Source: a virus (lineage: Duplodnaviria > Caudoviricetes). Taken from it: DNA of 42,915 bases. The position numbers and the translations under genes are program-made. The stretch's first letter is position 1. Each line of letters opens with the position of its first letter. The notes beneath the pieces were generated by a model. That model saw only the letters and a list, made by a program, of their open reading frames with translations. It had not been told where the DNA came from and ran no database searches. Location of the stretch: positions 1 to 42,915 of IMG/VR virus record IMGVR_UViG_3300033480_000007. One strand, written 5' to 3'. Of the stretch, positions 1 through 8,400 are shown in pieces.

Positions 1-41
1 GTTAATTTGTTACGTGGTAATAAATCTAGGAGGGATAGAAA

Positions 42-467
42 ATGTCCGGTGTTAATTTAGTAGTTTTAGTTGGGCGTGTTGGTAAAGAGCCAGAAACAAA
101 ATACATGCAGAATGGAGATGCAGTTACCACGCTGTCACTGGCTACATCAGAAACATGGAAAGATAAGGATGGCGAGAAGCAAGAAAAAACTCAATGGCAT
201 AATCTTGTGTTCTACAGAAGGCTGGCAGAAGTTGTTGGTGAGTATGTACAGAAGGGTACGCAACTTTACATTGAGGGAAAGTTGAATACTCGCAAGTGGC
301 AGACAAAGGAAGGTCAAGACAGATATACCACAGAAATTATCGGAGAAAAAATGCAGATGCTTGGCGGCAAAAATTCATCCACAGAAGGCCGTGGCGATAA
401 TTCTCATCCGTCACAAACTAGGCCAACAACACAAGAAAACACATTTGATGATGATATTCCGTATTAA
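42..467 (+). CDS. ssb: Single-stranded DNA-binding protein
   Basis: [39 protein letters not shown]-fold motifs; acidic tail DDDIPY; SD AGGAGG upstream. Confidence 0.97.
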   Translation: MSGVNLVVLVGRVGKEPETKYMQNGDAVTTLSLATSETWKDKDGEKQEKTQWHNLVFYRRLAEVVGEYVQKGTQLYIEGKLNTRKWQTKEGQDRYTTEIIGEKMQMLGGKNSSTEGRGDNSHPSQTRPTTQENTFDDDIPY

Positions 468-470
468 GAC

Positions 471-499
471 TTGACAGAAAGATAAAAAGATGATACAGT
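471..499 (+). promoter_or_regulatory. sigma70-type promoter
   Basis: TTGACA-17 bp-TACAGT with TG extension. Confidence 0.6.
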
Positions 500-528
500 T
501 CTTGCGACAATCACCAATGGAGGGAATC

Positions 529-831
529 GTGAAAACAGCCAGCAAGGAAAATTCAGATCGGTTAGCCAAACTAACTGGAGCAAATTTAATACGGCAAGGA
601 TTGCAGACGCAAGAGCAAATTGTTTTTGCAAATCGTCAGGCAGCTACAAAGATATTACATGAGCGTGCATCAATTTTGAGTGCTTATGAAGGGTGTGATT
701 TTGGCGTTACTATTCATGGAGAGCATAAGCTTCAAGCTGCGCGTGATTTTTTTGATGCGGCAGTGCATCAGTGCATAGAGCTTGGCATAGATGTTGAGTC
801 AGAATTGCGAGGCAAGGGTTATTTACTTTAG
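529..831 (+). CDS. Hypothetical protein
   Basis: ORF 490..831; GTG at 529 preferred (GGAGGG SD, downstream of the promoter). Confidence 0.6.
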   Translation: MKTASKENSDRLAKLTGANLIRQGLQTQEQIVFANRQAATKILHERASILSAYEGCDFGVTIHGEHKLQAARDFFDAAVHQCIELGIDVESELRGKGYLL

Positions 832-843
832 GAGAGCCACAAA

Positions 844-1350
844 ATGAAAACTATTACCCTGCAACAACTCAAGGATGCTGATGCTTGCGCAAAGCAAGTC
901 CGGTTGTTTGAAAAAACCTTTGGCGGAGAAGTTGAAGTAACTGTTGGGGCTGCGCTGGAATACGCACATGTGTTTGATTTTGATTTTGCTGCGCATAATT
1001 TTCTGGAGCAGGCTGCATGGAAAGATTACAAGGAAGCAACGGATGATGCATGGAAAGATTACGATGAAGCAATGGCTCCTGCACAGAAAGCTTACAATGA
1101 AGCAATTGCTCCTGCACGGAAAGCTTACTATGAAGCAATGGCTGCTGCACGGAAAGATTACGATGAAGCAAAGGCTGATGCATGGAAAGCTTACAATGAA
1201 GCAATGGCTGCTGCACGGAAAGCTTACGAGGAAGCAACGGCTGCTGCACAGAAAGCTTACGATGAAGCAAAGGCTCCTGCATGGAAAGCTTACGAGGAAG
1301 AAAAGGCTGTGGCCTTTGCAACGGCTTATCTTAATCAACAGGAGAAATAA
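844..1350 (+). CDS. 11-residue-repeat helical protein, copy 1 (9 repeats)
   Basis: SD AGGAG; repeats xA[WRQ]K[AD]YxEAxA; near-identical paralog at 40790. Confidence 0.85.
   Translation: MKTITLQQLKDADACAKQVRLFEKTFGGEVEVTVGAALEYAHVFDFDFAAHNFLEQAAWKDYKEATDDAWKDYDEAMAPAQKAYNEAIAPARKAYYEAMAAARKDYDEAKADAWKAYNEAMAAARKAYEEATAAAQKAYDEAKAPAWKAYEEEKAVAFATAYLNQQEK
1012..1308 (+). repeat. 33-bp coding tandem repeat, 9 units
   Basis: Units such as gctgcacggaaagcttacgaggaagcaacggct. Confidence 0.95.
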
Positions 1351-1602
1351 ATGAAAACATCACAACCGTTCGCGGCAGCACAAAAGATTTTCGCTCTGTT
1401 GTATACTGCACTGGCTATGACAGATTTTACGCAAAAGTGCATTGCTATTGCAAACATACCGGGTTACAAATCACGAGGTCATGGAGGAAAACATATGCCG
1501 CATGCGCACTATGGCTTTGCTGGTTCATTGCGCAATCGTAGTTCAAATAATCCGCATCAAGGCAAGAAAGAATGCGCACGGCGCGTTGATCGCGGATACT
1601 AG
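1351..1602 (+). CDS. Hypothetical basic protein
   Basis: Start abuts upstream stop (TAAATG); SD AGGAG. Confidence 0.65.
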   Translation: MKTSQPFAAAQKIFALLYTALAMTDFTQKCIAIANIPGYKSRGHGGKHMPHAHYGFAGSLRNRSSNNPHQGKKECARRVDRGY

Positions 1603-1611
1603 GAGGTTATT

Positions 1612-2019
1612 ATGAGTGAACAGACAAAATTTCCGTGTAGGTGCAGTAAGTGTGGCGCACGTAAAACTCTTTCCACTAACCCGGAAGAATGTGTATTGAC
1701 AGATTTCGTACCTCAATGTAAATGCGGCTCAACTGCATGGCGTGTTGACCAGTACCGCATTAAAAAAGAATGGGGAGAGGAAAATACATGCCGGTGTGCA
1801 GGTTTGCAATATCCACACAAGCCTGGAAGTACTGGATGCATTAGTGTTGTACGTGCAAATCACGATAGGCATGTACCAGTAGTGGTAACACATGATGCAG
1901 ATCATGTGCTGATTGCTCCACCATCAGATAATCGCAGGCAGAGAACTTTCCCGCCAAAACCATCCATAGACAGGAACTCCACGCTATGCGATTGCCGCAC
2001 CAACTATAAGGCACACTAA
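1612..2019 (+). CDS. Cys-rich putative zinc-binding protein
   Basis: CRCSKC, CKC, CRC..YPH..GC motifs; SD AGGAGG. Confidence 0.75.
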   Translation: MSEQTKFPCRCSKCGARKTLSTNPEECVLTDFVPQCKCGSTAWRVDQYRIKKEWGEENTCRCAGLQYPHKPGSTGCISVVRANHDRHVPVVVTHDADHVLIAPPSDNRRQRTFPPKPSIDRNSTLCDCRTNYKAH

Positions 2020-2021
2020 TC

Positions 2022-3035
2022 ATGCATGAAACTTTGGAATGTAACGCACCAGTATCCACTCCTCACAAGATTGGAATGTCTACGCGAGATTATCGTGATC
2101 TGTTCATTTCTGATTTTGTACATCGCAGGCTAGAGTCTGGATTATCAACCATAGTCTACGATATTTTGGTGGAGGGAAACTTCGCTGGTGCGAGTAATTT
2201 CATGCGCAAGACATACGGAACGTCAACGATGTTCTGTGATGGTACGCGCAACATCATTGCAATATTGGATGGATTCCTGCTGGAGTGTGATTCATCTTAC
2301 GGCGGAATGGTGGAATTCAGGATACACGGCACGTTTGAGAAGATTGATGAAATAAAAGCTGTTATCTTGCGCGAATTTGAGGAAGCTACCATGCATATCA
2401 CTTGGATTTATGATACGCAAGGTAATGACACACGCATTAAATTGGACAGAACGTACCTGCCATGTACTGAAATGTACCCATTCTTGGATGATGAATCATT
2501 GCACGAGTATTACGATAGATTCAAAAAATCATCAGCGTCAATCTTGGTTCTGATAGGGCCTCCCGGCACTGGCAAGACAAGCTTTATTCGCGGCTTCTTG
2601 GCACATACAAATTCATCAGCTATCGTCACATATAATGAGGCCGTATTGAACAATGACGGTATCTTTGCGTCATTCATTAGTGGCAATTCAGCCACGATGG
2701 TAATTGAGGATGCAGATTTATTTTTGGGTTCTCGCACAGACGGTAACGGCATGATGCACAAGTTCCTGAATGTCGGAGATGGCTTGGTAACAACCAAGGG
2801 TAAAAAGCTGATCTTTAGCACCAATCTTCCAAATGCAGTTAATATTGATGCGGCACTATTGAGGTCTGGACGCTGTTTCGATATACTGCAATTTGATGCG
2901 CTAAATAAACAACAAGCGCAAGACTTGGCTCTAGCGATGGGTATTCATTACAATGCTGTTGACCGGCAAACCATTGCAGATATTTTGGCTGGTAAAAACC
3001 AGTCAATCAACAAAAAGAGTTTCGGATTTTGCTAA
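2022..3035 (+). CDS. AAA+ ATPase
   Basis: Walker A GPPGTGKT, Walker B MVIEDAD, sensor STN, IDAALLRSGRCFD arginine-finger region. Confidence 0.9.
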   Translation: MHETLECNAPVSTPHKIGMSTRDYRDLFISDFVHRRLESGLSTIVYDILVEGNFAGASNFMRKTYGTSTMFCDGTRNIIAILDGFLLECDSSYGGMVEFRIHGTFEKIDEIKAVILREFEEATMHITWIYDTQGNDTRIKLDRTYLPCTEMYPFLDDESLHEYYDRFKKSSASILVLIGPPGTGKTSFIRGFLAHTNSSAIVTYNEAVLNNDGIFASFISGNSATMVIEDADLFLGSRTDGNGMMHKFLNVGDGLVTTKGKKLIFSTNLPNAVNIDAALLRSGRCFDILQFDALNKQQAQDLALAMGIHYNAVDRQTIADILAGKNQSINKKSFGFC

Positions 3036-3068
3036 TAGGTCATTATTAATACATCATATGAACTAGAC

Positions 3069-3113
3069 TGGCTTGCTCCTACTCACTGGATGCCTCTGCC
3101 AGAATCACCTAAC
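3069..3113 (+). pseudogene. Remnant of a DUF551-like phage gene C-terminus
   Basis: Reads WLAPTHWMPLPESPN; THWMPLP is the typical DUF551 ending; no intact upstream gene body. Confidence 0.55.
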
Positions 3114-3197
3114 GATAAGTTGAGGGGGCGCACTATGACTGACGAACAAGAAACGAAACACGCTTTTGCGCGCTCCTGCTCGAACGCAGGGTTGGAC
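3107..3197 (-). mobile_element. Solo integron attC site (canonical top strand = minus)
   Basis: Minus strand: GTCCAAC-CCTGC-GTT(C)GAG...CTCAAC-TTATC-GTTAGGT. Confidence 0.85.
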
Positions 3198-3353
3198 AAC
3201 GCTCTCCAGATAGCATTTGTTCAGGGTGCCGCATGGTGGGAGGAAAGATCAACCGGCGGAACAATGTGGGCATCTGACCGCGACGACGCAGAGGCTGAGG
3301 CATTTGCCAAAATGTGCAATGGCACTCTTGGCAAGGTGTCCAACAAAGACTAG
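3135..3353 (+). CDS. Cassette-associated hypothetical protein
   Basis: ORF 3090..3353; ATG at 3135 with GAGGGG SD lies inside the attC. Confidence 0.55.
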   Translation: MTDEQETKHAFARSCSNAGLDNALQIAFVQGAAWWEERSTGGTMWASDRDDAEAEAFAKMCNGTLGKVSNKD

Positions 3354-3376
3354 GGGAGCCATGATAGCTCCCCTAG
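3350..3376. terminator. Hairpin between convergent early and lysis units
   Basis: CTAGGGGAGC-7 nt-GCTCCCCTAG perfect 10-bp stem. Confidence 0.65.
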
Positions 3377-3406
3377 ATGCATTTTATACACATGGCAGAT
3401 AGTACG

Positions 3407-3679
3407 TTACTGACACGACCTGATTGCAGCCTCTAGTTCACTCTCATATCCCTTCCGTTGCAATCTATCTGCACGCAGGGCATTCATTTGTTGCCAAATA
3501 AATTCCTCTCTTGTAACTCCAGCAGGCGGTTCAATTGACAATCCATCCACAGCAAAAGCTGGCTTGTCAATCTTCTGTATCACGCACGGAACAGACACAG
3601 GAACTTTTACCTGTGTAACGGCATTTGGTACGCTTGCGCACCCTGAGAGCATCATCAGTACCACAATAATTTTTTTCAT
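3407..3679 (-). CDS. Outer-membrane spanin lipoprotein (Rz1-like)
   Basis: MKK + hydrophobic stretch + LSGC lipobox; VKVPVSVPC; C-terminal Cys; end of lysis cassette. Confidence 0.75.
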   Translation of the reverse strand: MKKIIVVLMMLSGCASVPNAVTQVKVPVSVPCVIQKIDKPAFAVDGLSIEPPAGVTREEFIWQQMNALRADRLQRKGYESELEAAIRSCQ

Positions 3680-3681
3680 GG

Positions 3682-4134
3682 TCACACCTGTAGCTGACAA
3701 ATCATTCTGTCAAGATTGTACATAACACCAGAATAAGGCACTGGAAAAAACTTATACTGTGATTCTTTGAGATGTATAAGTTGCAACGAGACACCCTTTG
3801 TTGAAATTAAAATCGCATCAGTAACGGCAAAAGTTGCATGGATACAATCCAAGTCTATAATGATGGCAGTGTCTCCATAATCCTTTACTGACTTTTCAAG
3901 AGATTTGTTATGCGTGAATATCCAAGCAGATAAATATTTACCATCAAACTTAATATTTCCAGCATCAAGAAAATACTGATCGCCTTGTATTTCACCCAAT
4001 GCAATTTGTTCAGATTTGTCTGGTGCTGTCTCTGTTGCACTCAGCAAGTCATGCATAATATCATGCTCTGGCGCTCGGCTTGGAGCGCATCCACACAGCA
4101 CAAGCGCAAGCAATGCAGCAATCAGCGCCTTCAT
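3682..4134 (-). CDS. Lipoprotein of unknown function
   Basis: LCGC lipobox; ATGA overlap with the upstream gene. Confidence 0.7.
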   Translation of the reverse strand: MKALIAALLALVLCGCAPSRAPEHDIMHDLLSATETAPDKSEQIALGEIQGDQYFLDAGNIKFDGKYLSAWIFTHNKSLEKSVKDYGDTAIIIDLDCIHATFAVTDAILISTKGVSLQLIHLKESQYKFFPVPYSGVMYNLDRMICQLQV

Positions 4135-4517
4135 TTGGAACGCTCTTGTTCAAGTTCGTCACTGAATGCTTGGCTGGCATCCGAACATGCTCCAGAGCCT
4201 CCAGAATGCTGTTTGGCGAGTATCTGCTGCGCAGCTTGGTACTGACTACGTGCGCTCTGTTTGGCTGCGTCTACGGCCTTTGTAGCTGCTTCCTCGCGTG
4301 CTTTTGCATCGCTCTGTAGCTTGGATATGGCATCGTTCTGGTTTTGTACTCCAACCGTTAAATCTTTATTGGTTTGCTGGAGTGAGCCAATCGTATTATT
4401 CAGCGTGGCAATCTTTGATTGCTCCAGATGGATTCCAAGCGCCAAGCCAGCAGAAAATATCATGGCAACCATAACTGCCTTGATAATGCTCATATATGGT
4501 GTGATGGCAGCGAACAT
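4131..4517 (-). CDS. Inner-membrane spanin (Rz-like)
   Basis: N-terminal TM, coiled coil, Cys near C-terminus; downstream of endolysin. Confidence 0.75.
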   Translation of the reverse strand: MFAAITPYMSIIKAVMVAMIFSAGLALGIHLEQSKIATLNNTIGSLQQTNKDLTVGVQNQNDAISKLQSDAKAREEAATKAVDAAKQSARSQYQAAQQILAKQHSGGSGACSDASQAFSDELEQERSK

Positions 4518-4521
4518 ATTT

Positions 4522-4809
4522 TTACCTCTCTATAGGTGCATCGTTCTGCATCAGTTCAGACTCTGGTGTATATGTTGTATGCATATACTGCATGGTTCTG
4601 CGCTCTACGTAATCTTTCATTGCAATACCAAAAATTATTGCAGCAATACCACTGGAGAACCCAATATAATCTGGAGTGGTTGACACAAGGAATTTATACA
4701 GCATTTCGCAGCCAGCAACAATACCAATGGAGCGTGCCGCACATAGCGCACCTTTTTCATCTGTAACCGCATTATTAAAAAACTTAATTGTTCTGGTCAG
4801 CCATACCAT
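4522..4809 (-). CDS. Membrane protein, holin candidate
   Basis: Two hydrophobic segments; start MVWLT overlaps the endolysin end. Confidence 0.5.
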   Translation of the reverse strand: MVWLTRTIKFFNNAVTDEKGALCAARSIGIVAGCEMLYKFLVSTTPDYIGFSSGIAAIIFGIAMKDYVERRTMQYMHTTYTPESELMQNDAPIER

Positions 4810-5230
4810 CTCTAAACTCCGATTCTTCTGCGTGCCGCCTGCGTAACAATCCTGCCATATGTTTACCGCCTGCCATATCCCAACGCTCAAATTGCGCTGC
4901 TGCGCCAGCATAATCACCAGCATTCAATAAGCGCAAAAGCGTGGAGCCTCCAAGTGCGCCACGCCCTAAATTAAAATCGAAGTCCACTAAAGCATCAAAC
5001 TCACCTTGAGTGAGCGGTACACGGCACAGGACATTGACTGATTGGATGGCTAGGCTAATATCTTCTCGCAGCCATGCATCTGCCTGTTCTTGTGTGCATG
5101 ACATACCAAGATGTACGCCACTGGTATGACCATATCCTATAGTTGGAACACCAACAGAATCAAGATATGAAACAAGCCTGCATCCTTCAAATTCTTCCGT
5201 GAGTTTCATTCCAGCTTCTGAGTAATCCAC
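4784..5230 (-). CDS. Endolysin, GH24 lysozyme
   Basis: FEGCRLVSYLDSVGVPTIGYGHT catalytic E-x8-D-x5-T; FDALVDFDFNLG; GLLRRRHAE. Confidence 0.95.
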   Translation of the reverse strand: MDYSEAGMKLTEEFEGCRLVSYLDSVGVPTIGYGHTSGVHLGMSCTQEQADAWLREDISLAIQSVNVLCRVPLTQGEFDALVDFDFNLGRGALGGSTLLRLLNAGDYAGAAAQFERWDMAGGKHMAGLLRRRHAEESEFRDGMADQNN

Positions 5231-5412
5231 GCTTTAAATTCCTTGTATGTTATGCTTTCGCGTATCTGAATGTAATACCAGATAATTGCAAACAGTCCAG
5301 CTATTACAGTAATGGCGGCAGGTATCCATCCAAACAAGGATGATACGATTGTACCGGCTGTAGCCGCATTGGTAAGCTGCACTGCGGCAGGATGCAAGTT
5401 GTCCAAACTCAT
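5206..5412 (-). CDS. Holin-like membrane protein
   Basis: 68 aa with TM segment(s), directly upstream of and overlapping the endolysin. Confidence 0.6.
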   Translation of the reverse strand: MSLDNLHPAAVQLTNAATAGTIVSSLFGWIPAAITVIAGLFAIIWYYIQIRESITYKEFKAWITQKLE

Positions 5413-5437
5413 TTGATTCCCCTTTAAAATCCGTTCC

Positions 5438-5466
5438 ATTGTATCACAAACACAGTAAAATAGCAA
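5438..5466 (-). promoter_or_regulatory. Repeated promoter, copy driving lysis genes
   Basis: TTGCTA-17 bp-TACAAT with TGTGA before the -10. Confidence 0.75.
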
Positions 5467-5470
5467 GTGC

Positions 5471-8400
5471 TTACTTACTTAGTTGCGCATCCATTCTTTC
5501 TCGCTGCTCTGGTGTGGCTTTCTTATAAAACTGCTTGATTGCATTAGAATTTAACCTTGCACCCGGAGTAAGTTGGTGAGTAATCACTAACTTTATTTCT
5601 GATTGCGTCATACCGGCATTAGCCATTTGCAACACCGCAGCATCAATTTCGCCATCCTTAATTTTTTGATTGACTTCTGGCATTAAATCTGCTATAGCAG
5701 CACGGCGTTGACTATTGGCTGTGTACATCTCACCAACAGCAGGGCCTCCCGGCGCACCCTTGGAGAACGTAAGACCAAGTAACGGGCCAAGCACCTTGTA
5801 CGCATCAGTTTCATCTCCATTATTACCTGCCAAGTGCAATGCAGATTTCAATGCCTCAGTTGGTATCTGCTGTACCATAAAGTTCTTGACAACTTTTCCT
5901 ACATTGCGTACTGCTCCAGCTACGCCGGGGTCATCTGGATTGTAGACGCGCCTGCCGAATCCAAGATCATTGGTTGCTGTCTGTGTGATTGGGCGCAAAA
6001 ATGTACTCTCTTTGCGCTTTAGCATATCAAGTGGCTCTGTTGTCCAGCCGATGAATTCCTCACCAATTTTACCAGTTGGAAGGCGCACATAAATTCCTGT
6101 TCCGTTCTTGTCGTAATCGTATAACTCACGATTTTCTTTACCGGGTTCATTGGTTGATGTTGTGGTAAGACTAGCAGCACTATCCAATGGAGAATTTAAT
6201 ACTTCCAATGGATTCTCTTGCGTCTTGTGCAGCAGTTTGTTCATGCGTTCAACATATCCTTGCTCAATATCACTCAGGCTCTGGTCACGTTTCAGATAAT
6301 CAAACGTATCCTGCATCACAGAGTTCATGGCATACATCAGTCCAATATCAATAATGAATGCTCCTATAGCTTTCCTGCGTGCAATGTTCTTTCCTGCACG
6401 TAATGCCAAATCTCCGTAGTCACGTTGAATCTGCGCCTGTACATCTCGTGGCAATCCTGTAAATACGTCCTTCATCACACCCAAATTACCTATAGTGAAC
6501 GAGCGTGAGAAAAATGCCAGATTGGTAATCTTGCGCGACATATTTGACATTGATTCATTTGGCAGCGCACCAGCATAGCGATTAGCCATATGAGCGGCAA
6601 TATGTCCTGCTGTTCCAGCAGCTTGCTCCTGAGTCAATCCTTGCTTGAGTAACTTGGCTGTTTCCATCTGTTTCAGATTGACATAAATACCCATCTGCAA
6701 ATCAGCCACCCTATCCCATAACAAAGTGTTGTGCCATACATCACCAGCAGTGTCTATGCCACGCTTCACTGCATCTCCAGCACCTTCATGCAGCAACCCT
6801 ACTGCGCCTCCTATTGCCTTGGCTGTGAGGCTCCTGCCGGGTTTTAAATTAGGTTCTTCCATGATACCTGAAATATCTTGTAAGCCGTATCTGTGACCGA
6901 TTGGAACAAGTCCATATCCGATTGCTTCGCGCATTATTGCATTATCATGCTTGGCTACATTGCCCTCAAAATATACGCGAAATGTTGCTACCTTGCCGGG
7001 AAGCATGGGTAGCGCCCTACCAAACTCAACAGCATTGTGAATCAATGGCGAGTACATAATTACGGTCATTGTCTTACCCTTGAATTCCATCAGTGCTTGG
7101 TAAACTTTACCGCTTGACTCAGACATAATGGCTGTCAATGGGCCTTTCAAATCATCACGCATGTACAGTGGCACACGGTCAAATACCATCTCTCCATTTT
7201 GATCTGTGACTGGTACGTGTTTACCGTCCACTTCGGTCATGCGAGGACGGTATGTTTTGAATGCTGGATGGTCAAGCGTAAAGTATCCGGGCTGCGCACC
7301 ATCAGATATTAAGTCCTCACCTATATTTTTTCCAAGCTCACGTATCTGGTTAATCAATTCTCGTCCAGCTATGGCTCGCTCAAGCCTTTGCATCGCCATA
7401 GGCATTGCACGAATATCTCGCACGAGTGTTGCCTGTTCGCCAAACTTTCCTTTCATGGCTGCTTCTGTTTCGGAAGATGTAAGGTATTTGCGTTGCTTCA
7501 AGCTTGGAGAAGTAGTGGTAATATTCCGCCCAACTGATGCGCCAGTTTCATTTTGTCCTGTACGTGGAGGAATGGAATATTCACCATCATCACCAATCAT
7601 CACAGCCATGCGTGGAGTCCAGTATGGCAATCCTTCGCCTTTGAACATACCTGTATCCTTGGCGCGTTGAAGCAGTTCCTCTCCATATGCGTGCAACGTG
7701 TTCATGGTTTCGCGCTGGTCAGCAGGCAACCTATCTAGCCCTTTTCCTTTTGTACTCAGTCCTAGTTGCATTAGCACGTTCTGTTCGTCTGCCGCCTCCC
7801 ACATAGCTTGGCGCTGCTCTTGTGTGTATTCATTTTTTAACACAGCATCGAACCGGCTCCATTGCATTCTTGATGCACGGTCAGCATTAGCGTAATCCTT
7901 GGCAATGGCACGATACTTAGCAGAGCCAGCAGCCATAGGCATAACAGCCATCTGAAACTCGTTGACTAGAGCATCTTTCAAATCTGATGCGCGTTTTTCT
8001 GATGTTGTAAGCATGCCTAGTTTTGTGGATGCTTGTTCTTTAGGTTCAGATTGCACACCAATAGATTTATGAATGTTTGTGTTTGCAGCGTCAAACGTGC
8101 CACGGTTGCCTATGGCGGATTTTATTTGGGTGCGCTCAAAGGCGATGTAACTGTCTTTCGCGTTATCTTCCCTGAATTTTGTATAAGCCTCGTATGCCGC
8201 TTTATGCGCTTGGTACTCTGGAGTTTTTTGATCTTCTTGGTCGTATGTGCTTACCGGTTTTCCGCGCCGTCTCTGCGATTCGATCATAGCTTTAGTGGCG
8301 CGTGATTGCTCCTGCGCATACCTTTCGCCGCCAGCCACTTCACCAGTGTTGCGATACACTACGCCGTCATAGCCTTTTGATTGAAGAAACTCGCGGATGT

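Noticed and set aside
823-1354. Overlapping Cys/Phe- or Leu/Lys-repeat ORFs in other frames (also 40800-41524)
   Set aside because: Stop-free by-products of the 33-bp repeat
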